The notes beneath the pieces are model-generated. The model did no database searches. It saw only the letters and a list, made by a program, of their open reading frames with translations, and was not told the origin of the DNA. This document shows positions 50,319 to 60,049 of a stretch of 64,000 bases of DNA, piece after piece. The DNA comes from a virus. Each line of letters begins with the position of its first letter. Positions within the stretch are counted from its first letter, which is position 1. The DNA lies in IMG/VR virus record IMGVR_UViG_3300045988_128358. One strand, given 5' to 3'. The position numbers and the translations under genes were made by a program.

Positions 50319-50347
50319 ATTATATTATATTTTTAATAAAAAATCAA
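50319..50347 (-). promoter_or_regulatory. sigma70-like promoter TTGATT-N17-TATAAT
   Basis: -35 at 50342..50347 and -10 at 50319..50324. Confidence 0.55.
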
Positions 50348-50370
50348 AGGAGGACTATTGTCCTCCTTTT
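50347..50370 (-). terminator. intrinsic terminator
   Basis: aaaggaggactattgtcctccttt hairpin after the vWA gene. Its T-run overlaps the -35. Confidence 0.55.
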
Positions 50371-50375
50371 ATATT

Positions 50376-51296
50376 TTAAATATTCCAGCTTACTTCAGAA
50401 GAAGCTGTATCATTGTCATTAATGTCAATCTTAACTGGACCAGTTTCAAAAGCTGTTTCTGTTTTGTCGCCATGACTGATTACAATATCTGTAATAATCT
50501 TTGCGAGACCATTTAAGCCAGATACAAAATAGTGGTCATTTCCTACGAGTTTTCTCCAAGACTCGTCCAAGTCTGGGTGTCTACTGCACAGCCATCTGTA
50601 AGAGCTATCGTTGTCATCAATGGAAATATGATAAACGTCAAATTTTTCCAAAACTTCTTTCTGTAAATCTTCTGTTTCAACATCGCCCTGAAGAGAATCT
50701 CCAGTAGAACCAACTAATCCCCATTTTGGTAAATATGGATTAGGCTTTTCATCTCCCATTGTAATAATGATGCCTTTCTGACCTCTATCCCAGCAGTCAA
50801 GTTTACAATGATTTAATCCCATGTACCAAGCGGCTGTATAGGATTCAAAACTATTACCACCACCGCCGCCTTCAAAGAACATTTTATCAAGCTGCTCCGC
50901 AATTCGAATATCAGATTCAAACTGAGACATCTGAATTGGCGCTTTGTCATAAGCAAGGTCTCCAATTCCCATTACGCAGAACTCAACATCTTTAATGGAA
51001 TTATCTGCATAAATATCAGTCATAATCTCATTAAGTTTCTTAGCAACCTGAACTGCGGCATCGCCCATAGAGCCAGTTACGTCAAGTGCCAGAATAACTG
51101 GAACTGTATGCGGATGTTCATCAGAATCACAACATTCACGCATTACTCCTTTTGGATTTAAAGCTGCGTCAAGCTTACGAGATGTATAAAACTCCTGTGC
51201 TGAAAAAGCCATTGTATCAAACTCGTCAAGGGAAACTCCCCTTGAACGAGATGTATAATCACTAAACGCCTTAGTTGTCCAACTTCCTCCACCCAT
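50376..51296 (-). CDS. von Willebrand factor A domain protein
   Basis: MIDAS-like motif ILALDVTGSMGD. Confidence 0.7.
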   Translation of the reverse strand: MGGGSWTTKAFSDYTSRSRGVSLDEFDTMAFSAQEFYTSRKLDAALNPKGVMRECCDSDEHPHTVPVILALDVTGSMGDAAVQVAKKLNEIMTDIYADNSIKDVEFCVMGIGDLAYDKAPIQMSQFESDIRIAEQLDKMFFEGGGGGNSFESYTAAWYMGLNHCKLDCWDRGQKGIIITMGDEKPNPYLPKWGLVGSTGDSLQGDVETEDLQKEVLEKFDVYHISIDDNDSSYRWLCSRHPDLDESWRKLVGNDHYFVSGLNGLAKIITDIVISHGDKTETAFETGPVKIDINDNDTASSEVSWNI

Positions 51297-52057
51297 TAGT
51301 CTTCGTCCTCCTCATCATCATCTGCATTAATTACCGGGGCATCACCAAAATCAAAGGCTCCATCAAACATATTCTCAAACATGTTTCCGCCATTTCCCAT
51401 CATCATAAACATCATAGGATTCATGCCGCCCATATTCATAGAACCGCCTGTGTTATTTCCATTAAACATCTGGCTCATTATCATCATGCTCATCATAGAG
51501 GACATAGAACCATTGTCCTTAGTCATATTCATAAACGGACTGAAAATCTTACCGTAGCAGTATGTTTTTCCCATAAAAACATGATGCTCTGGAATAGTCT
51601 CCTGGATAGTAGAGTCTTTATAGCTGAAAGTCTTAATAGAATTTTTTCCTACCTCAATAACCGCTCTTGGTTCATTATTAACCAGGATAATATCACCAAC
51701 GGCAACTTTAAATGTAGGAACTACCCAGAATGCTCCATCCATATCAAAAGCGAAATTATCGCAATTTGTAAGTTTCATTGTTTTAACATTGAAAGTTTTG
51801 TAACCATTCTGCACCTTAATGGCAATCTTACCATTGGCGCCCATCTTACAATAGCCTTTTGCTACTGGCTTAAACATTCCATTAAACATATTTCCAAAAT
51901 CAAACATATTCTCTTCTTTCCTTTCCTTCTGCTCTTTTTCTGTGTCTTTGACAATAGCCCAATGATCCATTATATCGCCTATATTTCTTAAAGTTTTATC
52001 TAAAATCTCTGAAAAGTTTGGATCATCAATACCGAAAGCATATCCATTTTTTATCAT
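51296..52057 (-). CDS. hypothetical protein with Met/Gly/Asn-rich low-complexity C-terminus and acidic tail
   Basis: SMSSMMSMMIMSQMFNGNNTGGSMNMGGMNPMMFMMMGNGG...DDDEEDED. Confidence 0.5.
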   Translation of the reverse strand: MIKNGYAFGIDDPNFSEILDKTLRNIGDIMDHWAIVKDTEKEQKERKEENMFDFGNMFNGMFKPVAKGYCKMGANGKIAIKVQNGYKTFNVKTMKLTNCDNFAFDMDGAFWVVPTFKVAVGDIILVNNEPRAVIEVGKNSIKTFSYKDSTIQETIPEHHVFMGKTYCYGKIFSPFMNMTKDNGSMSSMMSMMIMSQMFNGNNTGGSMNMGGMNPMMFMMMGNGGNMFENMFDGAFDFGDAPVINADDDEEDED

Positions 52058-52082
52058 TTCTTTTCTTTAACTTTCTATATAT

Positions 52083-52111
52083 ATTATATTATATTTTTTT
52101 TATTTTATCAA
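52083..52111 (-). promoter_or_regulatory. sigma70-like promoter TTGATA-N17-TATAAT
   Basis: -35 at 52106..52111 and -10 at 52083..52088. Confidence 0.55.
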
Positions 52112-52119
52112 TTTACATA

Positions 52120-52422
52120 TTACTTATCCTCATCATCATAACAGTAAAACTGTTCATCAGGGTCTTTTCTTACAGAATCCATACATCCATTAGGGACTTC
52201 AAGAGCTTGAACTGGAGTTAAATCTCCATATAGTTTTTGATACCAACTTGGATGATAGCATTTAATATAAGCAGGGTCGCCTACACAATCCGTATATCCT
52301 CTCGGACATACTGGATTATATATCCGAAACTGAGAATACTGAGGTACTTCTGCATATATAGGATTTTCTCTGCACTTAATGCAAAGACTTTTTGGTGCTA
52401 CGCATTTATCACATCTTGTCAT
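52120..52422 (-). CDS. hypothetical Cys-rich protein
   Basis: CDKCVAPKSLCIKCRE...CPRGYTDC. Start trimmed to the internal Met. Confidence 0.4.
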   Translation of the reverse strand: MTRCDKCVAPKSLCIKCRENPIYAEVPQYSQFRIYNPVCPRGYTDCVGDPAYIKCYHPSWYQKLYGDLTPVQALEVPNGCMDSVRKDPDEQFYCYDDEDK

Positions 52423-52426
52423 TTTA

Positions 52427-53167
52427 TTAATCCTCATAACCGCTATTTGCGTCAAACAATACATTTTGTTCCCAAGTATCCAAATCAATTAATGGTAAGC
52501 TTCCTGTAAAGAAACATCCACCATCAATATCAATTTTATGAGCTTTTCCCGCAGAATCTTTACAATAGAAATATGCTCCAGGAGAAGCTTTCTTTCCACT
52601 CATTTCACACATATATTCATAACAATAATGGCTTAAAAGAGGAACAGGAGTATGTCCATGAATCATAACTACATTATCCATTCCACCTTCTTCATCCCAT
52701 TCATCATCAAAATGTTCTCTATTCCAAATGAAATCATCTTCAAACTCTGGAAATCCTAAGTGCGGTCCAGGCGTAAAACCTGAATGAGATAAGATTACAA
52801 CTTCTCCATTTTTATTATCATAGCGATACCATTTAGGAAGATTGTCGATAATATCAATGTATTTTTCATCGCTTCCATCTGCCTCCCATTCTTCAACAGT
52901 AGATTGACCACCGTTAAAAGAGTGAAGTCTTGTGCAATGTTTTGCTCGCATAGAATCCGCAAACATCTGTTCGTGATTGCCGCAGATTAAAAAGAAATGT
53001 TTAGAATCTTCAAGAACTTCTTTTAAAATTTTAAATCCTTCTGGACCTCTATCTACACAATCACCTAAAACATAACAAAAACTATTGTCTGCATATACAA
53101 TATTTTTTACCATTTCCCATAAACCATACTGACCATGAAGGTCAGAACAACAATATACATGACTCAT
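52427..53167 (-). CDS. PPP-family Ser/Thr protein phosphatase (lambda-phosphatase-like)
   Basis: PPP phosphoesterase motifs DLHG, GDCVDRG, GNHE, HGHT. Confidence 0.75.
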   Translation of the reverse strand: MSHVYCCSDLHGQYGLWEMVKNIVYADNSFCYVLGDCVDRGPEGFKILKEVLEDSKHFFLICGNHEQMFADSMRAKHCTRLHSFNGGQSTVEEWEADGSDEKYIDIIDNLPKWYRYDNKNGEVVILSHSGFTPGPHLGFPEFEDDFIWNREHFDDEWDEEGGMDNVVMIHGHTPVPLLSHYCYEYMCEMSGKKASPGAYFYCKDSAGKAHKIDIDGGCFFTGSLPLIDLDTWEQNVLFDANSGYED

Positions 53168-53199
53168 ATTTTACACCTCATATCTTTTTACAATAATTA

Positions 53200-53373
53200 T
53201 TTGTTATTTACTTGAAAAGACGTTACTAAAAGTCCTTCATTTTTTAACAGAGCGACAATTTCATCTTCTGGAATTTCATACCATCCAGGATTCTGGTATT
53301 GAAGAACTTGATAAGCTAAAGACTCTAAAGCATCTTCCAGTTCACATCTGTCACAACCACCAAATTCAATCAT
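53200..53373 (-). CDS. small hypothetical ORF (57 aa, hand-translated)
   Basis: MIEFGGCDRCELEDALESLAYQ... It follows the promoter at 53410..53438. Confidence 0.25.
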
Positions 53374-53409
53374 TTTTTATTTTTCCTTTCTCTTTCATTT
53401 GATATATAT

Positions 53410-53438
53410 ATTATATAATATTTTTTATAAAAAATCAA
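53410..53438 (-). promoter_or_regulatory. sigma70-like promoter TTGATT-N17-TATAAT with upstream terminator hairpin
   Basis: -35 at 53433..53438 and -10 at 53410..53415. Hairpin gccctatctttttgatagggc at 53439..53462. Confidence 0.55.
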
Positions 53439-53614
53439 TGCCCTATCTTTTTGATAGGGCATTACGTTAGTAATGGATTATATTTAAAATAATCTGTGCG
53501 AGTCCGCCAAAAATAAAACCTGTTAAATAAATATGATTTGGCTCATTAAATTTAGTGCTTAAAATAGCACCTACCGCACAAACTACAATAAATAAAATGA
53601 AAAAAAGAATATCT

Positions 53615-54154
53615 TTAGCCCAACGTTTGAAATTCAAAATTTCCACCTCTCTCTTTCATCTCAGCCTGATATACATTTCTGTCGTAAGAACCATGTGCAT
53701 AAGCCGCATTCATTGCTTTTTGATGGCAAATATCACATCTACAAACTCCAGAAGTACCAATACCTGTTGGATAAAATAGATATGTATATCCGCCGCCTGA
53801 ACAGCCATGATATCCATGTGGATTCATATGAACCTCAGTGTCATGTTTCTTTTTCCAATCTCTAATAGCTACACTTTCACTCTCAGTAATTGGAAAACCT
53901 CTCCACATATCAGCTAATGCTGCATCTCTCTGTTTCTTCATATCCTGCATTTCTTTAGTTGCATATGCTTCTTTTTCAAAACCATCTATTTTTTCTCTTA
54001 AAGAATCAATAGTTTTTTGTTTATCAAGAAGATTAACCTTAATATTATCAAGGTATTCATCAATAGTTTCTTCTCTTTTTAAAATAGGAATAGCACGACT
54101 TACAGATTTACCGTTTTGAAATCTATACATTGTTCCATCTGGACTATTAAACAT
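53615..54154 (-). CDS. hypothetical protein
   Basis: 179 aa with a Cys/His cluster GCSGGG...CRCDICH. Confidence 0.45.
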   Translation of the reverse strand: MFNSPDGTMYRFQNGKSVSRAIPILKREETIDEYLDNIKVNLLDKQKTIDSLREKIDGFEKEAYATKEMQDMKKQRDAALADMWRGFPITESESVAIRDWKKKHDTEVHMNPHGYHGCSGGGYTYLFYPTGIGTSGVCRCDICHQKAMNAAYAHGSYDRNVYQAEMKERGGNFEFQTLG

Positions 54155-54164
54155 ATATAACCTC

Positions 54165-54626
54165 CTACTGGTTCAAAAGTTCAGTAAGAACTTTATTGAT
54201 AAGTTTTCCATCTGCTTTGCCTTTAAGTTTAGGCATAATATTTTTCATAACCATGCCCTTCATTTTTGGTCCAATAGGCTCAGTAACGACCTGAGTAAGC
54301 TCAATTAACTCTTCATTAATAAAAGCTCGAATTTCATCTTCTGTCATAAGGGTTGGAGCAAATTCTTTAATTACTTCAAGTCGATATTTATAAGACTCTA
54401 AAAGGTCTGTTCTTGCGGCAGGGCAAGTATCAATCATCTCCTGCATAGTCTTTTGCTCTTTTAAGATAACTGCATCAACCATATCTTCTGGAATGTTATT
54501 TCGACAATTTTTATCAATAGCCGCCTTTTTAATGGCGTCAACAAGACTGGAAATAACATCTTTTCGAGCCTTATCTTTAGCCTTCATTGCGGTAACCATC
54601 TCTTTCATAACCATATCAAGTGTCAT
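54165..54626 (-). CDS. GatB/YqeY-domain protein
   Basis: N-terminal MTLDMVMKEMVTAMKAKDKARKDVISSLVDAIKKAAIDK matches the YqeY helical pattern. Confidence 0.5.
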   Translation of the reverse strand: MTLDMVMKEMVTAMKAKDKARKDVISSLVDAIKKAAIDKNCRNNIPEDMVDAVILKEQKTMQEMIDTCPAARTDLLESYKYRLEVIKEFAPTLMTEDEIRAFINEELIELTQVVTEPIGPKMKGMVMKNIMPKLKGKADGKLINKVLTELLNQ

Positions 54627-54627
54627 T

Positions 54628-54924
54628 TTAATCTTCTCCTTTATAATATTCTTTTACAAAATCTTCTGCTGGCGTAAAAGCTCTATAAGTTGACGATAGT
54701 GCAACTAATTCTTTTATTCCGACAATTCCTGGAATATTTAAAAGCTCTTTAATTGCTAATGTTTCATTCGGAAATTGCTGTCTTTCAATATGACATTCTA
54801 AGTCATCTTCATTTAAACATGGAATAAAGACATATCTCCATGTATTAAACATCTCATCTTTTGAAATACAAACTTTCCGATATGAGTTTTTATTATCTTT
54901 TGAAATATGTAATTCAAGAAACAT
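54628..54924 (-). CDS. hypothetical protein
   Basis: 98-aa ORF. Confidence 0.35.
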   Translation of the reverse strand: MFLELHISKDNKNSYRKVCISKDEMFNTWRYVFIPCLNEDDLECHIERQQFPNETLAIKELLNIPGIVGIKELVALSSTYRAFTPAEDFVKEYYKGED

Positions 54925-55178
54925 TATTTTCCTAACCTCTCTTCAAAAGTGGTGATAAAATCTTCAACGCTTCTTTTTGGAGAAGCTGTTAAAAGAATTT
55001 CTGTAATATTTGGATATTTTCGTAAATCTCTAATAGCATCTAATTCTGATGCAAAAGTGCATTTACAAATATGATGTTTAGTAAGATTTACATAACGATA
55101 TTTCTGGAGATTCTTATCAAAAAGAATCTCCACTTCCTGCGGCTCTTTATCTGAATAAAAGATTTTAAAATGGAACAT
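54924..55178 (-). CDS. hypothetical protein
   Basis: 84-aa ORF. Confidence 0.35.
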   Translation of the reverse strand: MFHFKIFYSDKEPQEVEILFDKNLQKYRYVNLTKHHICKCTFASELDAIRDLRKYPNITEILLTASPKRSVEDFITTFEERLGK

Positions 55179-55369
55179 TAATATTTCTCCTTCCTTAAAA
55201 TCCTATCCATTTTTTGTCTGCGGTTATCCGTTCTGGCGGGCTTACCACCTGGTTTAGCCCGATATGTTTTGCAAGTCTGGCAATGACCATAGAAGTCAGC
55301 CTCTTTGCCTAAATCACATTTTCCGTTACATACATAATGAATACAAGCAACTTCTCGTGTCTTTGCCAT
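55178..55369 (-). CDS. hypothetical zinc-binding protein
   Basis: CIHYVCNGKC...CQTC. Confidence 0.35.
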   Translation of the reverse strand: MAKTREVACIHYVCNGKCDLGKEADFYGHCQTCKTYRAKPGGKPARTDNRRQKMDRILRKEKY

Positions 55370-55374
55370 AAATT

Positions 55375-55608
55375 TTATCTCCTTGTCTTAAACCAATCTC
55401 TAATACGACTAACAAACATAATACCATTCAAAATTGTACAAACTGTCCAACATACACAACATATAATTGCACAAACAAGTTGGGTTGTTGTTGTTGCCAT
55501 TGTAATTACAATCCCATATAACGCTGCAAGGACTAAATTTAATGTAGTTAAAAATCCATATAATGCAATCATTTTTTTATACCTTTCTTTTTTACTCCAT
55601 TTCCACAT
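55375..55608 (-). CDS. hypothetical membrane protein
   Basis: Two hydrophobic helices. Confidence 0.35.
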   Translation of the reverse strand: MWKWSKKERYKKMIALYGFLTTLNLVLAALYGIVITMATTTTQLVCAIICCVCWTVCTILNGIMFVSRIRDWFKTRR

Positions 55609-56798
55609 TAAGAGTGAAAACGGAGTAAAAATTCATTAGATACTGCTTTAAAAGATTTAATACCATCCTGAGACCTGAATACAAGACCTTCTCTCATGCC
55701 ACCATCAAGCACAGACTCTCCAGTAGCAATGTCAAGTAATTCATCAACAGTATCAGGTAGAACAAATTCTTTATCTACAATAGGAACCCATGGAATACCA
55801 AACTCAGCCATTGCTTTTTCAGCCATTACAGAGTTCCAACGACCTTCCGCAGATGTGATAAAGTTAAAGCCCATAAAGCAATGCTCTTTTGTAGAGTAAT
55901 CTCTCTTCTGGATACCATCTCCATAAGTCTCGCCCTGTAAAGTTACCCACTCCAAATCTGGACGGTTCATCAGAATCTGTTTTAAAGTTTTCTCAATCTG
56001 ATATTTCTCTGCCATTTCAGTGTAAACATTGGTGTCATAAAAGCAAGCTTTATCAGGCTTATCAAAAACTACGTTACGAGAACATACATAAAAATCAAAC
56101 TTTTCTTTCTTCAAGAAACGAGTTTTTCTACGAATCATAGTGAAAGTAGTAGAAGTACCATCAATTTTTTCAGTGGCAACCCAATGAGATTTGTCCTCAA
56201 GAATCCATGGCATATTCTGAACTCGCTCTTCATCAGTCTTAGAAACCCAAGCCGGCCAGGTTGCCTTCTTATCGCCTTTCTTACCAAAAAATACGAAAAG
56301 TAATTTTTTGCCCCAGGTTCTTCTCATTAACCATCTGAATGGCTGGTGCGCAAATAGCTTACCATTTCTCTGTGCCATTCTCTTATATTTGTCCACAGAA
56401 GGAGCTTTTCTGATATTATCTTCCTCAACAGAATAAGTTACTTCAAGCTCTTTGGTCAAAAAATCTCCAAGTTTGTGAGCATCTTTATCCCATCCAAAAT
56501 CTTCAAAACCCATTAAAAGTCCCTGAGAAATTACAGTACCCTTGAAGTATTTCTGAGTTTTAATTTTAAAATGCTTTCCTTCAAGGAACATAAATGGTTC
56601 TTTTGCCGGTACTTTAGAGTCAATCTCAAAGTAAACCGCTAAATCACCTGGCTTAAACTGGTCTTTACGAACCATGATATGCCAACCATTTACGACAGCT
56701 ATTTCTACTCTGTCAGCTCCTTCGATAGGACGAATCTCATCAACTTTAACAACATAAGCAAGCTCTCTTTCTTTCTTCTCATTCAGCATACCTATCAT
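55608..56798 (-). CDS. RNA ligase (Rnl-type nucleotidyltransferase with N-terminal OB-like domain)
   Basis: KxDG motif ATEKIDGTSTTF. N-terminal beta-barrel-like VVKVDEIRPIEGADRVEIAVVNG...GDLAVYF resembles the Rnl5/NgrRnl-type OB domain. Confidence 0.65.
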   Translation of the reverse strand: MIGMLNEKKERELAYVVKVDEIRPIEGADRVEIAVVNGWHIMVRKDQFKPGDLAVYFEIDSKVPAKEPFMFLEGKHFKIKTQKYFKGTVISQGLLMGFEDFGWDKDAHKLGDFLTKELEVTYSVEEDNIRKAPSVDKYKRMAQRNGKLFAHQPFRWLMRRTWGKKLLFVFFGKKGDKKATWPAWVSKTDEERVQNMPWILEDKSHWVATEKIDGTSTTFTMIRRKTRFLKKEKFDFYVCSRNVVFDKPDKACFYDTNVYTEMAEKYQIEKTLKQILMNRPDLEWVTLQGETYGDGIQKRDYSTKEHCFMGFNFITSAEGRWNSVMAEKAMAEFGIPWVPIVDKEFVLPDTVDELLDIATGESVLDGGMREGLVFRSQDGIKSFKAVSNEFLLRFHS

Positions 56799-56821
56799 TC
56801 TCCTTTATTTATTATGAATAT

Positions 56822-56850
56822 ATTATATAAAAATTTTAAAAATAAATCAA
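56822..56850 (-). promoter_or_regulatory. sigma70-like promoter TTGATT-N17-TATAAT
   Basis: -35 at 56845..56850 and -10 at 56822..56827. Confidence 0.55.
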
Positions 56851-57422
56851 TTAAGATTTGTTTCTTTCAAACAATCGTGGTAAATTTTAATAAGGTTTTT
56901 CTTATTTAGAAATGCCTTATTTCCAATACCATTTTGCTCTCTCCACGCTAAACGATATAATACTTTATCTATAAACATTTTAGTCGCAGGGTGCATGGCA
57001 ATAGGATTTTTGGTTTTATTCTGCCACCATTTATATTCTCCTTGATATGTAAAAGTATCTCCCATATAAGCGTGTCCCGCACCTAAATAATCACAGAGCA
57101 GCTCTAAAAGATATTTGTCTGGCATTGGTAGCGCAGTGCCGCCTTTATCGAGGTTGTCAAACCAGTACTCGTAATGATGTCGATTCCGACCTTTATGATG
57201 CTGCCAAGCTAAAGACATCCCGTTCTCCTCTTTACAAGCATCTATTGGAGAACGAGTCCCCTGCCAATATTTGACACCTTCCCAAAATTCAACGGGAGAA
57301 AATTTGGATAAGTCATGTGTAATTCCCTGCTTATAAAGACCAACTTTAAAACAGTATTTTCCTACCCAATATTTATGTTTGCATACAGTTTTTAAATGTC
57401 CAAAAAAGTTTTTAATTTTCAT
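56847..57422 (-). CDS. hypothetical protein (His-rich conserved block HHKGRNRHHYEYW)
   Basis: 191-aa ORF. Confidence 0.45.
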   Translation of the reverse strand: MKIKNFFGHLKTVCKHKYWVGKYCFKVGLYKQGITHDLSKFSPVEFWEGVKYWQGTRSPIDACKEENGMSLAWQHHKGRNRHHYEYWFDNLDKGGTALPMPDKYLLELLCDYLGAGHAYMGDTFTYQGEYKWWQNKTKNPIAMHPATKMFIDKVLYRLAWREQNGIGNKAFLNKKNLIKIYHDCLKETNLN

Positions 57423-57425
57423 ATT

Positions 57426-57812
57426 TTATTCCTCTAAATATTTATACTCTATTTTATGTAAAGAATCATCTTTTTTATAGTAAATATAGGTGCATTTTAC
57501 CTGTATTTCATCTCCTTCCTTAATAGTATTAAATATAGAAGAAGAAACTGTTACTTTTTCATTATTTACGCCATATAAATAATATGAATGAGTTGTAACA
57601 GGAATAAGAACCTTCCCACTCATTACCACAGAATGATGCACATCATCCTCTTTATTTATAACTTCAACTGTTCTTACTTCAGTTTTTAAATAAAATTGGT
57701 CATAATACTTCCTTATCCCAGCTACAATCCCAATACAAGCTGCGACAATAAGCACTACAATTACAATGTGCTTCATAATTTCTTTTAGTCTTTGTTTTTT
57801 CCAATATTCCAT
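57426..57812 (-). CDS. hypothetical membrane-anchored protein
   Basis: N-terminal TM IVIVVLIVAACIGIVAGI. Confidence 0.4.
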   Translation of the reverse strand: MEYWKKQRLKEIMKHIVIVVLIVAACIGIVAGIRKYYDQFYLKTEVRTVEVINKEDDVHHSVVMSGKVLIPVTTHSYYLYGVNNEKVTVSSSIFNTIKEGDEIQVKCTYIYYKKDDSLHKIEYKYLEE

Positions 57813-58141
57813 TATTCAACTCTCCAACCAGCTTTTTCACAAACTTTTTTCATATTCTGAACTCCAACAGGATTCATACTATGAAATTTAAAAGTTGCAT
57901 AAATCTTCCATTTCCGCAATCTTTGACATGCTTCAAGCCAATCAAGAATCTTGATATAATCTCCACCATTCTGATAATAATCTCCCGCATCATGGTCAAG
58001 ATTAATTTCATCTACTTCAAGAATACTTCCTTCTGGTCTCACCCGAGTAGTAAGATAAGTTTTTGCTTCCCAAACACTTTTAAGCCAAATATAAGAATCA
58101 TCTGGGGCCGGCCGCATATCATCAATCCAAAACTTAATCAT
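57812..58141 (-). CDS. hypothetical protein with DDxR...LDHD motifs
   Basis: WIDDMRPAP and INLDHDAGDYY form a conserved phage small-protein pattern. Confidence 0.45.
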   Translation of the reverse strand: MIKFWIDDMRPAPDDSYIWLKSVWEAKTYLTTRVRPEGSILEVDEINLDHDAGDYYQNGGDYIKILDWLEACQRLRKWKIYATFKFHSMNPVGVQNMKKVCEKAGWRVE

Positions 58142-58969
58142 TTATTTCACCTCAAACTTCCAATAATAAAAGTTATACTGTTTCTTTGTATTATAAGACT
58201 TTTTAATCCTCTTGGCAACATTTTTTACATTTACAGTCGGGTTATTTTTCATACTCTTATCATATGATTTAATAAACTCAACTGCTTCTTTAAGATTTTC
58301 AAACTTTTTAGTTTTTTCCTCTTCAAAGTTTTTTGTAGAACAACAAAAGACATCAAAACGAGTATCTTCATATTCAATCTGATCGGTTGTAATTTCTTTA
58401 TATTCCATAAAGACGTTTGCATCTACCTCTGAAGCTTTTTCATTTTTACAGCCTTCATAAACCTCTTTTAACATCTTCGCATCATCAAGAGAATTATGGG
58501 ACTGAACAATTTCCTCGCCTCTGAAATATTCGCAGACTTTGGCGAGATTAATTAATTTAATCAAACCAAAATGAACCTTAACAGCAGGAGCAAAATCTTT
58601 CATATCTGTATTCATATAGCCAAGAATTGCTTTTGCTTTAAAGTTATTTGTTTTGCGGAAGGTTGCTTTAATAAAATCTGTATCACAATTCCCATAGCAA
58701 TAAAACTCAGGAATATCATCGCCGCAATCCTCAAAACAAAAATCAAAAAACTTATTGAATACTTCTTCTGGAGAGGGAGCGTCCGCAACCATTTCTGTAG
58801 TAATACCTGTTAAGTCGGTAATAAACTTAGAAACATTCTTCTTTGTATTTTCTGGCGTATGTACAAGAGAATAAAACTCTTTACCATCTTCTCTTACACA
58901 TCCAACAGAAATAATATAATTGGAAAACTGCATTGCTTCAAAGTCAATAAAATATTTCATATATATCAA
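58142..58969 (-). CDS. DEDDh 3'-5' exonuclease (DnaQ/epsilon-like)
   Basis: Exo I FIDFEAM and Exo III HNSLDDAKML, with a C-terminal extension. Confidence 0.7.
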   Translation of the reverse strand: MIYMKYFIDFEAMQFSNYIISVGCVREDGKEFYSLVHTPENTKKNVSKFITDLTGITTEMVADAPSPEEVFNKFFDFCFEDCGDDIPEFYCYGNCDTDFIKATFRKTNNFKAKAILGYMNTDMKDFAPAVKVHFGLIKLINLAKVCEYFRGEEIVQSHNSLDDAKMLKEVYEGCKNEKASEVDANVFMEYKEITTDQIEYEDTRFDVFCCSTKNFEEEKTKKFENLKEAVEFIKSYDKSMKNNPTVNVKNVAKRIKKSYNTKKQYNFYYWKFEVK

Positions 58970-58977
58970 TCCCTCTC

Positions 58978-59160
58978 TTAGTCAAGTTTTACTTTTTTGG
59001 TATAAAGTTTCTTTTCAACGATACTTCCACAATCTGGACATCTAAAGTAAGAGAAAATAGAATTTCGACATTCATCTTGTGATGCAATAAATACACAACG
59101 ACATTTTGGACATTTTAACCGATAACCATATTTTTCACCAGGTTTAAGAATTTTAATCAT
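58978..59160 (-). CDS. small zinc-ribbon protein
   Basis: CPKCRC...CPDCG. Confidence 0.4.
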   Translation of the reverse strand: MIKILKPGEKYGYRLKCPKCRCVFIASQDECRNSIFSYFRCPDCGSIVEKKLYTKKVKLD

Positions 59161-59195
59161 TTTCTTTTTTATCCTTTCCTTAACTTTCTATATAT

Positions 59196-59224
59196 ATTAT
59201 ATTATAATTTTAATAAAAAATCAA
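59196..59224 (-). promoter_or_regulatory. sigma70-like promoter TTGATT-N17-TATAAT with upstream terminator
   Basis: -35 at 59219..59224 and -10 at 59196..59201. Hairpin aaaggaaaaac...gtttttccttt at 59226..59254. Confidence 0.55.
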
Positions 59225-59236
59225 TAAAGGAAAAAC

Positions 59237-60049
59237 TTATTCAGTTTTTCCTTTATCAAAATTAGGAGATTTTCTGAAATAAGTTGAAGATAAATAATTT
59301 GGGTCGTTCCATCTATTCCATACCTCCTCTAAATCTTCGATTGCTTTAAAATATTGTTCAACGTGCGGGCGTTCAAATCTATCTGCATGGAAGTGACCAA
59401 AAAGCCAAACGTTCCAATTAATTTTATCTTTAAAAGAATCAAGCCAAACTTCCATAGAATCATCTACGGTAGACTGGTCAATCATAGATAAAAATAAATC
59501 AGTCGGTTCCCAACTTAATGGACAAGTATGAGTAAAAACAAAATCAAAGCTTTGTCCCGCATACATTGCCTCAATAGCTTGCATTTCGGCTTCTGTAAGT
59601 TGTTCATTTGGATACCAAGTAAAATGATTTTCAAGTCTATACCATTTATCTACAGAATAAGCTCCACCTATAACCAATGTATTATGACCAAGAAAATCAT
59701 AATTAGAGCCGTCCATGAGATAATGGATATGAGGATAACCGGGTTCAATGAAAACATAATTCGCAACATCATCATCCCAGACTTCTTTAATACCTTCAAC
59801 ATCTTCTGGACGAGCTTCATGATTCCCCCTTACTAAATAAAAAGTACATCCATAATTTTCAAGTTGCATCTTGATATCATGCCGCCTTGCCTTACTTTTA
59901 TAAAAATTTACGCCTGCATCTCCCAAGATAATAATACCAGTCTCTTTTGGATTTTTTATTTCAAGCCATTCAAAACGGTCCATGCAGCCATGAGTATCTC
60001 CTGTTATGAAAAATTGTTTAATCATTTCTTTCCTCCAATTCAAAAGCAA
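59237..60049 (-). CDS. calcineurin-like metallophosphoesterase
   Basis: Phosphoesterase motifs GDTHG, GDAG, GNHE, GHFH. Confidence 0.7.
   Translation of the reverse strand: MLLNWRKEMIKQFFITGDTHGCMDRFEWLEIKNPKETGIIILGDAGVNFYKSKARRHDIKMQLENYGCTFYLVRGNHEARPEDVEGIKEVWDDDVANYVFIEPGYPHIHYLMDGSNYDFLGHNTLVIGGAYSVDKWYRLENHFTWYPNEQLTEAEMQAIEAMYAGQSFDFVFTHTCPLSWEPTDLFLSMIDQSTVDDSMEVWLDSFKDKINWNVWLFGHFHADRFERPHVEQYFKAIEDLEEVWNRWNDPNYLSSTYFRKSPNFDKGKTE

Noticed and set aside
51275-51991. 238-aa His-rich plus-strand ORF
   Set aside because: It lies entirely antisense to the minus-strand gene 51296..52057. The His richness is the mirror of Met/ATG-rich coding on the other strand. No promoter or RBS was found, and every credible gene in the window is on the minus strand.
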